DNA of 64,000 nucleotides from a bacterium (GTDB taxonomy: Bacteria; UBA8248; JACPRG01; G963555815): assembly GCA_965261595.1 (NCBI GenBank), contig CBDHDG010000002.1:1-64000 (forward strand), read 5' to 3'. Below the pieces are notes generated by a model, which was not told where the DNA came from, did no database searches, and was given only the letters and a program-made list of their open reading frames with translations. The position numbers and the translations under genes are program-made. Shown here in pieces: positions 1 to 9,505 of this stretch; position 1 is the first letter of the stretch; each line of letters opens with the position of its first letter.

Positions 1-817
1 CATGGGATAGCGCCCGCAGAGCGCCGCCGGCCCCGACGTGCCCCAGGCGAGCAGCAGCCGGTGAAGACGGAACACGAGCCGCTGGGCCACGAGGAGCGAG
101 GCCTGGACCCCGCCCACGTGGGCGGCCACGTTGCCGGTCAGGGGATACATCCCGCCCTGGCAGCCCGCGCACCAGAACAGGGGGTCGAGCGGCAGGCCAG
201 CCGAGGCGGCGGCGCAATCGGCGGCGCAGGCCGCCTGGGCCGGCAGGTCCGCGAACAGCGCGGCTTCCGGGTTCAACAGGAAGGACAGCTCGTCGTCGAG
301 CCAGGCCGGGTCGAGCTCGGAGACCCAGGCGATGTCGAGCCCCCCGCTTTCAAGGCAGCCGATGTCGAGCAGGGCCCCGATCCAGGACAGGAGCGGATAG
401 ACGTAGTCATGGACGTGCCACACAGAGCCCGAGGCGCCGTCGCCGCCCGAGGAGCCAGTACGTCCGCGCCCCGCGGGCAGGCCCGGGTCGATGGTCATGC
501 CCCCGAGATTGGGGAAGCACCAGGGCGCGCGGCTGACGTCGATCAGCCGCGCCGGCTCCCACAAGCCCAGGGAGAGTCCGATCCGGGGGATCGGCTTGCC
601 GCAGAGGCAGATCGGCGATCCCGGATTGGGCGTGTCCGGCGCGCCCGTGGCGCTGCCCATGCGGATCGGCCCGATCGAGATCGGCAAAAGACACTCCCAG
701 CACACGTCCGTGACGGGGTTCACGAAACGCCCGGTGCAGGACTGGGCGGAAGCGGTCCCCCGTGGACAGGGCTCCGGCAAGGACCAGCGCCGTGCAGACG
801 GTCTTCAGGGATCTCAT
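1..817 (-). CDS. traU: TraU F-type conjugative transfer protein; runs off window start; +1 frameshift at C5 run 757-761
   Basis: Removing one base from the run gives MRSLKTVCTALVLAGALSTGTASAQSCTGRFVNPVTDVCWECLLPISIG...WEPARLIDVSRAPWCFPNLGG...SELDPAWLDDEL...CAGCQGGMYPLTG, the TraU Cys-rich signatures; directly downstream of traW (ATGA overlap). Confidence 0.9.
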
Positions 818-1486
818 GGCCGCCCTCCGATGGTCGCGGGATTGGCTTCGTCGTCGAGCGGCACTTCCCGTGATCCTGAGCATGGATCCCTCGGCCGCGA
901 CCAGGGACGGGGTGGCGCGGAGCCCGAAACGTTTCGCAAGCCGGCCGTTCTGGTCGAAGAAGAACGGCCGTTCGTGGGGCCGCATCAGGTCCAGCGGGCG
1001 GCCCGCCAGGAGCACGATCTTCGCGGGCCGTTCGTGGCCGAGGGCCCAGGTGACCTCGGCCGGCCGCGCGCCGTCGATGAACAGCAGATCCCGGGTCAGC
1101 GGGTACACCTCGAGGGGGTTGATCCGAGCGCCCCGGGCCGCAATCAGGGTCCCATCGTGCGCCCGGACGTCTTGCTCGACCGTGATCGAAGGATCGAACA
1201 GCCGGGTGCGACGGACGCGCGCGGGCCCGATGCCCTCGACGCGCCCGGGCGCCTCGATGCGCTCCCGGCCCCGGTCCAGGGCCTCCCGGCGCATGCGGGT
1301 GAGGTCGCCCGAGGACTCCAGCGCTTCAAGCCGGGCCTCGATCCGTTCGAGCAGGTCGGGCTCGGCGATGGGCCACACCGCGCCGCGCACGCCAAGGTCC
1401 TTCGCGGGTACGGGCCGCGCCGCGAGCATCAGCACGCAGGCAATCGCGATGAGCCGAAGACGGGACAGGAGAACACGCCGCGTCAT
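814..1486 (-). CDS. traW: TraW F-type pilus assembly protein; +1 frameshift near C-terminus (867-869)
   Basis: DLGVRGAVWPIAEPDLL, FDPSITV, INPL, FFDQNGRL..RFGLRATPS motifs; removing one base gives ...LRITEVPLDDEANPATIGGRP* overlapping the traU ATG. Confidence 0.9.
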
Positions 1487-2058
1487 GGCCGCGCCTCCTC
1501 GGGTTTGGCGAGCGGTCCCTTGAGCCCGAGCCAGGGGACGTCGGGCAGGGCCCAGGCCCGGCCCCGGATGCGTTCTTGCGGGATGAGCCCGATCTCCGAA
1601 TAGCGGCTGTCGTGGCTGTCCACGTGATCGGCGTGGACGTAGTAGCGGCCCGGCGGGATCACGCCCGGCCCGATCGCCTCGAGCCTGCGCCCATCAAGCG
1701 CATGCGTCTTGGCAACGCCGAGGACCGCGCCGTTCACCGAGACCCGGCGCTCCCTGTCCACCTCCACCCGGTCTCTGGGCAGGCCGCGCACGGTCTTGAG
1801 GTAGGGGATCCCCGAGCCGGCCTCCTCGGGTGGGTCGAACAGGACCGCGTCGCCCCGTTGGAACTCTCCCACGAGGGGCAGCACGAAATACCCCCAGGCT
1901 CCGTCGGACCAGCTCGCGTTGACGTAGACGCGCGAGACCGCGACGAGCCACAGGGCGGCCAGCATGGCCATCCAGAGCAGGATCTTGCGGCCCCGTCCGG
2001 TTCGTTCAGGCGCACGCCGTCCGGGCGCACGCGGCAAGGCGTGCAGGGTCTCTCTCAT
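1483..2058 (-). CDS. S26-family conjugative signal peptidase (TrhF/TraF-type pilin processing)
   Basis: TM segment then VNASWS (Ser), YLKTVRGLPRDRV (Lys), DSHDSRY.EIGLIP; lies between trbI and traW. Confidence 0.85.
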   Translation of the reverse strand: MRETLHALPRAPGRRAPERTGRGRKILLWMAMLAALWLVAVSRVYVNASWSDGAWGYFVLPLVGEFQRGDAVLFDPPEEAGSGIPYLKTVRGLPRDRVEVDRERRVSVNGAVLGVAKTHALDGRRLEAIGPGVIPPGRYYVHADHVDSHDSRYSEIGLIPQERIRGRAWALPDVPWLGLKGPLAKPEEARP

Positions 2059-2435
2059 CGTTCGTCCTCCGTGTTCGTCGGGGGATGGGTTTTGGACAGG
2101 GCCGTCTGGATCGCCGCCTTTATCTCGGCGGTGAGGTCCGGCGCGCCGGCGGCGACCGCCCTTGCGGGCAGCAGCACCGCGCGGTGGCGGGCTGCCGTCC
2201 GGACGAGCGCCTCCTCCAACCGGCGCGCCCAGCCGCGCACGGCTTTTACGGCCTCCTCTTGGTCGCCGTGCTCCCGGGCGGCCTTGGCCATGTAGTCTGC
2301 CGTGAGCTCGGCAAGCCGCACGCTCGCGATGCGCGGGACCCTCTCCAGGGCCATGCGCGCCGTGACGGCCGAGACCGCCGCGGCCACCCCGGCACTCAGC
2401 ACAAGCGCGGCGGCCAACGCCGTGGGCCCGCTCAT
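2055..2435 (-). CDS. trbI: TrbI F-type domain protein
   Basis: 126 aa, N-terminal TM, C-terminal VLLPARAVAAGAPDLTAEI; position after traC. Confidence 0.75.
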   Translation of the reverse strand: MSGPTALAAALVLSAGVAAAVSAVTARMALERVPRIASVRLAELTADYMAKAAREHGDQEEAVKAVRGWARRLEEALVRTAARHRAVLLPARAVAAGAPDLTAEIKAAIQTALSKTHPPTNTEDER

Positions 2436-3166
2436 GACGCAGCCCGTTCCGGCGCCGTCTGTTCGCGCGTGACATGAAGCTCCTCCGGTGGGGTGGGGTC
2501 GTGCGTGCCACGGGACTCCCTCTGGGCGGACGCGATGGGGCCCCGTCCCGCGCCCTCCTGCCCTTTCAGGGCCCGGAAGCGGTCCAGCCAGAGCCTGGCC
2601 GCCCGATCGGGAACCACGGTCCGGATGCGGCGCTTAAGGGGCGGGAAGGCGACCGCGGAAGCCGCGCCGTCGCGCGCGCCCGGCAGGTCCCGGTCCTCCG
2701 CGGCCTCGGCCATGCGGGCCACGAAACGCAGCAGTTCCGCCTGCTCCGGGGAGGGCTCCGCATCGAGCCCGGCCGACTCGCGCACGGCCCGGTCGATGGT
2801 CCCGCCGAGCCGCTTCAGCCGCTCCGCCCCGCGCTGGGAGGAAGCGGCCTTTGTTCCCAGCCACGCGACGCTCGCGTCCGCCAGAAGGGCGTAGAGGGCC
2901 GCCTCCCGGCGGTCCCCGGATCCTTCAAAGGCCTCGATCTCCTCGCTCATCAGCACCGCGTGGGCCGCCAGCGAGTGGAACCGCCTGAGCCGGCCGCCCC
3001 TGCGGCAGGTGTTGGCCAGCACGTGGGCCAGGGCCTCGAAGTCGACGGCGTCCGGGGTCAGCCCCTCCGGATCTTCCGGCCAGGCGAGGGGCCGATCCCC
3101 GGATCGGGGCTTCTCCGCCCGTGTCGCAGCACTCGATGGCGCCCGCCTGTTCCTGTCCTTGCTCAT
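2432..3166 (-). CDS. Degenerate HD-fold (YfbR/phage phosphohydrolase-like) protein inside tra operon
   Basis: DFEALAHVLANTCRRGGRLRRFHSLAAHAV...ALLADASVAWLG resembles family pattern DIAHALS..CRF.GH..FYSVAQHS...LLHDA.EAYLGD, but HD is AD; strong AAGGAG RBS. Confidence 0.65.
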   Translation of the reverse strand: MSKDRNRRAPSSAATRAEKPRSGDRPLAWPEDPEGLTPDAVDFEALAHVLANTCRRGGRLRRFHSLAAHAVLMSEEIEAFEGSGDRREAALYALLADASVAWLGTKAASSQRGAERLKRLGGTIDRAVRESAGLDAEPSPEQAELLRFVARMAEAAEDRDLPGARDGAASAVAFPPLKRRIRTVVPDRAARLWLDRFRALKGQEGAGRGPIASAQRESRGTHDPTPPEELHVTREQTAPERAAS

Positions 3167-3199
3167 GTGCGTCTCCTTCTGTTTAAGCTATGGAGGCCG

Positions 3200-5737
3200 T
3201 CACGGCGCGCTGCCCGCAGGGCCGGCTGTCGTGGCCTCCGGACCGTCGCCGTCGGCGATGCGGTCGATGGCCTGCTCGGTGGTGAGGCCTTCGGCCTTCA
3301 GCCGCTCGACCGCGGCGAAGGCCGGCCCGCGCGATGAATAGAGAGCTACCGACCAGGGGTCCAGGGCGAGCCGCGCCACGCGCCAGCCGTCCGGACCGTG
3401 CAGCACCAGCTCGGCATGGCGCCCGTCCACGGTGGCCAGGCTCTTGAGGGCCCGCTCCATGCCGGGATCGCAGTGGATGCGCTTTTCCTGTTTGAGGAGC
3501 TCGACGGACTCGTCCTTCTGGGCCAGGAAGATGGTCCAGTCGGCGTTGTCCCAGGCCGCCCGGGCCGCGGGGTTGGCGTAGTAGTCGTTGACGCTCTGGG
3601 TGCCGGTGACGAGCGCGCCCCGGTACTTGCGCGCCCGCCTGGCCGCGCCCTCGAGGAAGGCCCGGCTGTCCTCGCCCGACAGGAGGTCCCAGGCCTCGTC
3701 GATGACGATCGCCTTGGGCCGGGTTCTGGGGCCGTGATACATGCGCTGGGTGGCGAGGAAGACCACCAGCATCAGCACCACGCCCTGGACGTCGCCCCGG
3801 CCCTTGAGCTCGGCGAGCTCGAACACGGTGAGCGCGGCGTCCAGGGCCGGGGTCTCCGATCCCTCGAAGAGCCGCCCGAGCGCGCCGCCCGGCCGCCACG
3901 GTCCGAGGGCGAGAGCCATGTCCGATGCCCGCCGGTCGCCCGCCGCCTCCAGCCGGCGCTGCACGGTCCCGAGGTCGGCGCCGTTGCCGGCCTCCTCCCA
4001 GGCGCGCGCGATGGCCTCGTCGATGAGCGCCGCCTCGATGTCGTCGATGCGCCCGCGCCTTCGGCACATGCGCCCGACCACGGCGGCCAGCATGGCAAAG
4101 CACTCCTCCCGGTAGTCCCCGTCCCGGGCCGCCACGTCCGCGTCGATCATGGCGAAGGGGTTGAGTCTCGCCGGGTCCTTGCCGAAGGCGATGAAGACGC
4201 CGCCGAGGGCCTCGGCCGTGTGCTGGAAGGAACGCCCGTCATCGATCACCACGGCCTCGCCGCCCGCGCCCGCGATGCCCGCGACCAGCTCCTGCATCAG
4301 GACCGACTTGCCCGACCCGGACTTGCCGGTCACGGCCACGTTGTAGTTGCCGGCCTCGTTGGCGAAGGGGGACCAGCACGCGGGCTGGCCCCGCCTTCCG
4401 ATCAGGAGCAGGGCCGGCGGCGCGTCGGGCGACGCTCCCTGGCCGCGCCACTCGCCGTGCACCGGCGCGAGATTGACGGCCGAGGAGGTGAGCAGGGTCT
4501 TCATCCGGCCCATACGGGCGAGGTCGGCGTCGAGCCCGCCCGCCGGAACCATGGGCAGACAGGCGAGCCAGGCCGGCAGGTGGGCGTAGCGCTCCGCGCC
4601 CAGGCGCCAGCCCTGGCCGTGATAGATGGCCCGCACCGCCTGCTCGGCCTCGTCGATGGCGTCCAGGGGCGCGTAGACCGCGATCGTGTAGCAGGCCTTG
4701 ACCAGCCGCTCGCCGTTCTTCAGCCGCTCGGTGACGAAGCGCCAGTCCCGGGCCTTCTCGGGCAGGCCCGGCAAATAGCGCGCGATCCCCGTGCCCGCCT
4801 GCTGCGTGGCCCGGGCCGACTTGAGGAAGGCGCGCTCGCCGGCGGCCGCGTCGCCCATCGTCACGGTGAGGGCGGTCAGGACCGGGGCGCCCGGCTGCAG
4901 GAAGTCCCGGTGGAAGTCTCCGATCAGCGCGTTGCCGCGCCAGCCGGGCCAGACGTCGGGGAAGGCCCGGGCCGAGAGCACGCGCACCGCCACGTCCGTC
5001 CCGTCCGGGTGAAGGAAGACCAGGCCCGTGGGCGCAACGGTCAGGGCCCGGCCCGGCGCCGCGCACTGAAGATGAATGGGGTCTCTGGGCGACCAGCGCC
5101 TTTGCGGCCTGTCGAGCCCGCCGTCATGCTCTCCCGCCAGGTCGGGGGCCGTGATCTCCGCGGCGAGGGACAGCAGAACGTCCGGCTCGACCCGCCGCGC
5201 CTCGGCGCCGGCCGAGGCGAGCGTGCCTTCCAAGGCCCGCCGGAACCCCCCGAGGGCGGTCTCGGCCGCCGGTCCGGCCGGGCCCGCCAGGCAGGCCGCG
5301 AGGAACACCCGGCAGTCGTTCAGCGTGAACGGCGGTCCGCTCGCATGGAGGGGGCGCCATCCGGCATGGGCAAACAGGGCCCTGCGCCGCGCCGCCATCC
5401 CCGCCTGTACCCCGCCCGTCAGGCGCCGGGGTTCGGCCCAGCTCCGGATCGCCGCCCCGTAGCGCGGGCTCGTCCAATGGATGATCTGCACCACCGCGCG
5501 CTCGGGCGCGGCGTCGGCGAGCGTGCCGGCCAGCGCGCCCAGGGTCTCCTCGTCGATGCCCACGAAGGGCGGCAGCTCCAGCAGGAAGCCGCAGCTCGCG
5601 GCGTTGATATAGAGCTCGCTCCCTTCGTCCCAGGCCCGCCAGGGCAAGAGGCCGGCGAGGGGCGCCGGCAGGGCCGGAAGGATCCAGGGCTGAAGCGCGT
5701 CCGGTCCCCTGAGCAGGTCCTTGAGGCGCTCGATCAC
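3200..5737 (-). CDS. traC: TraC (VirB4-family) ATPase
   Basis: 845 aa; NYNVAVTGKSGSGKS Walker A, IVIDEAW Walker B, RRARKYRG, TQSVND. Confidence 0.95.
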   Translation of the reverse strand: MIERLKDLLRGPDALQPWILPALPAPLAGLLPWRAWDEGSELYINAASCGFLLELPPFVGIDEETLGALAGTLADAAPERAVVQIIHWTSPRYGAAIRSWAEPRRLTGGVQAGMAARRRALFAHAGWRPLHASGPPFTLNDCRVFLAACLAGPAGPAAETALGGFRRALEGTLASAGAEARRVEPDVLLSLAAEITAPDLAGEHDGGLDRPQRRWSPRDPIHLQCAAPGRALTVAPTGLVFLHPDGTDVAVRVLSARAFPDVWPGWRGNALIGDFHRDFLQPGAPVLTALTVTMGDAAAGERAFLKSARATQQAGTGIARYLPGLPEKARDWRFVTERLKNGERLVKACYTIAVYAPLDAIDEAEQAVRAIYHGQGWRLGAERYAHLPAWLACLPMVPAGGLDADLARMGRMKTLLTSSAVNLAPVHGEWRGQGASPDAPPALLLIGRRGQPACWSPFANEAGNYNVAVTGKSGSGKSVLMQELVAGIAGAGGEAVVIDDGRSFQHTAEALGGVFIAFGKDPARLNPFAMIDADVAARDGDYREECFAMLAAVVGRMCRRRGRIDDIEAALIDEAIARAWEEAGNGADLGTVQRRLEAAGDRRASDMALALGPWRPGGALGRLFEGSETPALDAALTVFELAELKGRGDVQGVVLMLVVFLATQRMYHGPRTRPKAIVIDEAWDLLSGEDSRAFLEGAARRARKYRGALVTGTQSVNDYYANPAARAAWDNADWTIFLAQKDESVELLKQEKRIHCDPGMERALKSLATVDGRHAELVLHGPDGWRVARLALDPWSVALYSSRGPAFAAVERLKAEGLTTEQAIDRIADGDGPEATTAGPAGSAP

Positions 5738-6300
5738 GGCAGCCTCCAGCGCGCCGGCTCCAGCACCGCGCGCACCCAGTGGGCCTCGCGGTAGACCCCG
5801 TCGGCGTCCACGAAGGGCGCGATCCAGATCCGCGCGATGCTCTCTTTCGTGCGCAGGCGGTCATTGGCCTCATCCGGGGATCCTTCGTCCGGCGAAACGG
5901 GTTCCGGTTCGGCAGGGGCCGCGGCGGTAGGAGGACGCCCTGTCTCCGTGGACTTCTCTGCGGTGCCGTCTCGGTCCCCGACGGTCCGGAACCACTTCGC
6001 GAGCCAGGCGAGCGGATCGCAGCCTTCGGCGCAGGATGTGCCGGTCCCTTTGGCATTACCGGTCTTGGATTGGTAGAGGGGTGTCCGGATCGCGAGCCCT
6101 TGCGCCTTGCCGGGGGCCGCGACCGCCGGATCGGCCTCCGCGACGCTCGTGCAGGCCGCGCCTTGGGCCAGGGGGCATTGCCAGGCGTCGCCCACGTGGG
6201 TCGCCGCGCAGCCGCCCAGGACCAGCGCCGCCGCGAGGATCGCGGGGATCACCGCCCGGCTTTGTCCGATTCGTGGATGAATCGTCGATTGCGCTCTCAT
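5734..6300 (-). CDS. traV: TraV lipoprotein
   Basis: Lipobox LVLGGC, WQCPLAQGAACTSV, C-terminal RIWIAPFVDADG; between traB and traC. Confidence 0.88.
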   Translation of the reverse strand: MRAQSTIHPRIGQSRAVIPAILAAALVLGGCAATHVGDAWQCPLAQGAACTSVAEADPAVAAPGKAQGLAIRTPLYQSKTGNAKGTGTSCAEGCDPLAWLAKWFRTVGDRDGTAEKSTETGRPPTAAAPAEPEPVSPDEGSPDEANDRLRTKESIARIWIAPFVDADGVYREAHWVRAVLEPARWRLP

Positions 6301-7550
6301 TGGCCTCCTCTCTTCCTGTCCTTGCGCCCGTCGAGCCAGGCGCCCTCGATGAACACCACCGTCACCCGCGTTCCCGTCTGGAGCTGGATCACCGGCTGGT
6401 ACTGCTCGGCCCGGCGGATCAGGTAGTCGGCCACCCTGCGGCCGGCCGAGCCCGCGCCCGCGCCAAGACCGGCCCGGCCGAGCTCGGCTAGGCTCGATAC
6501 GTTCAAGGCTCCGTCCGAGGTTGTCCTGGCCGGGGCCTGAAGCAGGTTGGCGGCCGTTTCGCCCACGCCCGAGATGAGGCCCGCGAGGAACGCCTTCTCG
6601 ATCAGGGCCCCCTCGCGGCTCACCACCGGGCCCCGAACGCCCACCTTGCCGCTCCCGGCCACGAAGCCCGCGACCTGCGTCTCGGTCACGGTTTCCGGAT
6701 CCGGCCCGGCGCACGTCAGGGTCCGCAGCCGGACGTAGACCTTCTCCGAGGAGAGGTCCCCGTAGCCGGCGCCGGTCAGGGTGCACCCCGCCACGTCCAC
6801 TTCGAGCGCTTCGCCGCCCTCGGCCGCGCTCCGGGCCGGACCGGTCAGCCGCAGGAGCACCGGGCGCGGCTCGCCCTGGGAGGCGACGCCCGCCGAGGCG
6901 TCCGCGCCGGCCAGCACCACGGCGTCCGCATAGGACCCCGCCGGCAGCCAGGACCCCAGCGAACGGGGTCCCGGATCAGCGGCGTTCTTGTCCCCCGCCG
7001 GATCCGCATCATTCTCGAACTCCTGGATCATCGGTACGGCCGGTGCGGCATCCGAGGCCGCGGGGGCTCTCTTGCCGGGAGCAGGTTGGCTCGAAACCGC
7101 ACGGGTAAAACCGTCCGTGCCCGGGGCGGTCCGGTCCTCCGGACCCGGTCCTGCCGTCCGGGCTTCGAGCCGGCCGCGCAGTTCCTCGATGGCCGCCGCC
7201 TGTTGGTCGATCACCGCCCGGCCGTCCTCGGCGCCGCGCGCGAGGCGCTCTCTGAGCTTGGCGTTCTCCTGCCCGGCCCGCCGGCTTCGCGTCTCCATGT
7301 CCCGGAGCCGCGTCTCCAGTTCGCCGATCCGCGCCTCCGAGCGGCGCACCCAGCTCACCTCCGCCGTCTCCGGACCGGCCAGCTTCGCCTCGATCCCGGT
7401 CGGCGGGGGCGAGCCTCCGCCTCCGCCCGCCGAGAACCACACCGCGAACACGATCAGCAATGCCGCGGCCACGCCCGAGAAGAGCAGCACCTGTTGCTGA
7501 CGGGTGCGCCGGGCCTCCGGATCCATGGGGACCTTGTCCGGGCCGCTCAT
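6297..7550 (-). CDS. traB: TraB (VirB10-like) protein
   Basis: TM, coiled coil, LPAGSY..AVVLAGADA, GDLSSEKVYVRL..LTC, GVRGPVVSREG, AEQYQPVI. Confidence 0.92.
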   Translation of the reverse strand: MSGPDKVPMDPEARRTRQQQVLLFSGVAAALLIVFAVWFSAGGGGGSPPPTGIEAKLAGPETAEVSWVRRSEARIGELETRLRDMETRSRRAGQENAKLRERLARGAEDGRAVIDQQAAAIEELRGRLEARTAGPGPEDRTAPGTDGFTRAVSSQPAPGKRAPAASDAAPAVPMIQEFENDADPAGDKNAADPGPRSLGSWLPAGSYADAVVLAGADASAGVASQGEPRPVLLRLTGPARSAAEGGEALEVDVAGCTLTGAGYGDLSSEKVYVRLRTLTCAGPDPETVTETQVAGFVAGSGKVGVRGPVVSREGALIEKAFLAGLISGVGETAANLLQAPARTTSDGALNVSSLAELGRAGLGAGAGSAGRRVADYLIRRAEQYQPVIQLQTGTRVTVVFIEGAWLDGRKDRKRGGQ

Positions 7551-8302
7551 GGCGCCGCCTCCGTGGAACGGGTCCGGAAGGCGTCATGTACGGCCACGAC
7601 GAGCCGCCCGCCCGATGGGCCGGTCCCCGGCGCCGCCAGCCAGATCGCGGCCGCGCCCGGCGCGAGACGGCCCGCCAGGGCCTCGGCGCCGGCTCCCGCG
7701 CCGGGGCCCGCTTCCAGCACGCGGGCGGTGAACCGGGGCCCCCGCCAGATCTCGATGACTGAAAGACCTTCCTTGTAGAACGTTCCTGAAGGCGTCTCGA
7801 TCGCGTAGCCCGGCAGGGTCTCGCGCCGCGCCACCGCCCGGACCAGCGCCACCAGCGCGCCCACGCGCCGATCGCCCGGCCCTTGGACGTCCGTTTTGGT
7901 CAGTGCGGCCGCGTTGCGGATCAGGATCTGGGCCGAGCCGCGCGAGGCCACCGTCAACGCCAGCCGGTAGGTGAAGCCCGCGACGGTCCCGATGAAGAGC
8001 GTCACCGGCTCCCGGGGGGCGCCACGGGCAACGCGGACGCCGGTGAGGCCCGCGGGTCGCAGGTAAATGTCGCCGCGCGCAGGGTCGTGCTCGACCTGGA
8101 AGCCGTCCGGTCCGCGGATCACCCGCGCGATCCGGTCGTTCGCCAGGGCGATGCGGCTCACCGCACGGTCCGAGACCTCCGCTTCCAGCTCCGCGTGGTC
8201 CACGGCATCCAGGATCTGCATGGCCGAGGCCGGCATGCAGTGGAAAAGCGTTCCCAAAAGAAGCGCCGCCACGGACACCCGGATTCTCGTCGCATGTTTC
8301 AT
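7547..8302 (-). CDS. traK: TraK secretin-like protein
   Basis: Signal peptide; VSRIALANDRIARV, GDIYLRP, TLFIGT..GFTYRL; synteny. Confidence 0.85.
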   Translation of the reverse strand: MKHATRIRVSVAALLLGTLFHCMPASAMQILDAVDHAELEAEVSDRAVSRIALANDRIARVIRGPDGFQVEHDPARGDIYLRPAGLTGVRVARGAPREPVTLFIGTVAGFTYRLALTVASRGSAQILIRNAAALTKTDVQGPGDRRVGALVALVRAVARRETLPGYAIETPSGTFYKEGLSVIEIWRGPRFTARVLEAGPGAGAGAEALAGRLAPGAAAIWLAAPGTGPSGGRLVVAVHDAFRTRSTEAAP

Positions 8303-8856
8303 TCTCGGTCCTCCAGTTCTTCGAAACGCACCAGGCCGATCCGGCCGGCATCCACGCGGAAGGCCAGCCGGTACCGCTTGCGCTCGCGCGAGACCGGCTC
8401 ACGCCCGATCCAGGTCGCGAGCTCTCCGGTCACCAGGACCGTCAACCTCTCCGCGTCCGCCTCGATGCGCTCGGGATAGAAGGCGGTCGCAAGGTCCCGC
8501 CGCGCCATGCGACCGGCCTCGGCCGCGACCCAGACCCCGATCGCGCCCCGGGCCGAGGCGTGGCTCAGCCGCGCCGCCGCCTCCCGCACGTGCGCCGCGT
8601 TCTCAGGCGTCAGCGTCAGCAGCGTCACCGCCACGGTCCGTCCCATGTCCTCCAGGTAGCGAAGCCCGGCCCGGCTGCTCCCGACCTCCCAGGCAGGCCC
8701 CGTGACCGCCGGGATCAGCACCGCCATGCGATCCACCGAGGCCAGACCGACGCTCAGGCCCAGATTGGCCAGGAGCGAGAGGCCCAGGAGCCCGGCCAGG
8801 GCCGCACGCCCGTCGCGCACCCGCCGCCGCTCCGCTTCCATGACGTCCCGTCTCAT
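8299..8856 (-). CDS. traE: TraE F-type protein
   Basis: TM SLLANLGL, YLEDMGRTVAVTLLTLTPEN, AFYPERI, V.GEL.TWIG; synteny. Confidence 0.88.
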   Translation of the reverse strand: MRRDVMEAERRRVRDGRAALAGLLGLSLLANLGLSVGLASVDRMAVLIPAVTGPAWEVGSSRAGLRYLEDMGRTVAVTLLTLTPENAAHVREAAARLSHASARGAIGVWVAAEAGRMARRDLATAFYPERIEADAERLTVLVTGELATWIGREPVSRERKRYRLAFRVDAGRIGLVRFEELEDRE

Positions 8857-8866
8857 CCAGGCCCCC

Positions 8867-9160
8867 TCATCCGATGAAGCGGCGCACATGACTCGGGGGC
8901 GCGCCCTTGAGGCCCAGGGTGAAGCCGGGCAGGTACCAGTAGAGCGCGCAGATCGCCACATCCGCGCCGCCGCCCCGCTTGGCCCGGCGCAGCAAGGCCC
9001 AGGCACCGAGCCCGGCCACCAGCCCGGTCACGAAGGCGTTGGCGGCCAGCCCCAGGACCGCAGGCCCCAGGAGCGCCGCCGCCTCGTCCAGGGTCCAGAA
9101 CAGCCAGCGCTCGGGATCGTCCAGACGCGAGGGGATCGCGTGCCGGGCCGGATCGCTCAT
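8867..9160 (-). CDS. traL: TraL
   Basis: 97 aa, IPSRLDDPERWLFWTLDE...LYWYLP...PPSHVRRFIG. Confidence 0.92.
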   Translation of the reverse strand: MSDPARHAIPSRLDDPERWLFWTLDEAAALLGPAVLGLAANAFVTGLVAGLGAWALLRRAKRGGGADVAICALYWYLPGFTLGLKGAPPSHVRRFIG

Positions 9161-9172
9161 CGTCCGCCCCCC

Positions 9173-9505
9173 TCATACGATCGCCGTGCCGACAAGGCCG
9201 GTGACGATGCCCGTGCCGGCCCCGGCCGCGATGCCCACGCCGACCGCGCCCATCAACTGCGTGGCGTTGAAGCGCAGCACCGAGCCGACCAGCGCGGCGC
9301 CCACCGCCAGCGCGGCCGCGAGCTGCCCGCCCGTGCCCGAGACGATGTCGGTCACCGTGCCGAGCGGACTCGAGAAGGTCGTGTCCGTCGAGGCCCAGGC
9401 CGTCTCCAGGCTAACCAGCGTCAACACGAGCGCCGGAGCCGCAACCCGATGCGCGCTGCCCACGACGGCTTTGAGGGCGTTCCTGGTAAAGGAAGGTGTT
9501 CTCAT
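9173..9505 (-). CDS. traA: Conjugative pilin (TraA-like)
   Basis: 110 aa with leader ending AWA/STDTTF and two hydrophobic helices; directly upstream of traL. Confidence 0.8.
   Translation of the reverse strand: MRTPSFTRNALKAVVGSAHRVAAPALVLTLVSLETAWASTDTTFSSPLGTVTDIVSGTGGQLAAALAVGAALVGSVLRFNATQLMGAVGVGIAAGAGTGIVTGLVGTAIV

Noticed and set aside
407..1486. TraW-TraU fusion implied by the 359-aa ORF
   Set aside because: Explained by two single-base insertions; the corrected frames give separate genes with an ATGA overlap.
3398..5794. Long antisense ORFs (e.g. 3398-5794, 18250-20028, 24643-26940, 54250-55659)
   Set aside because: Shadow frames opposite well-supported genes in high-GC DNA; no motifs.
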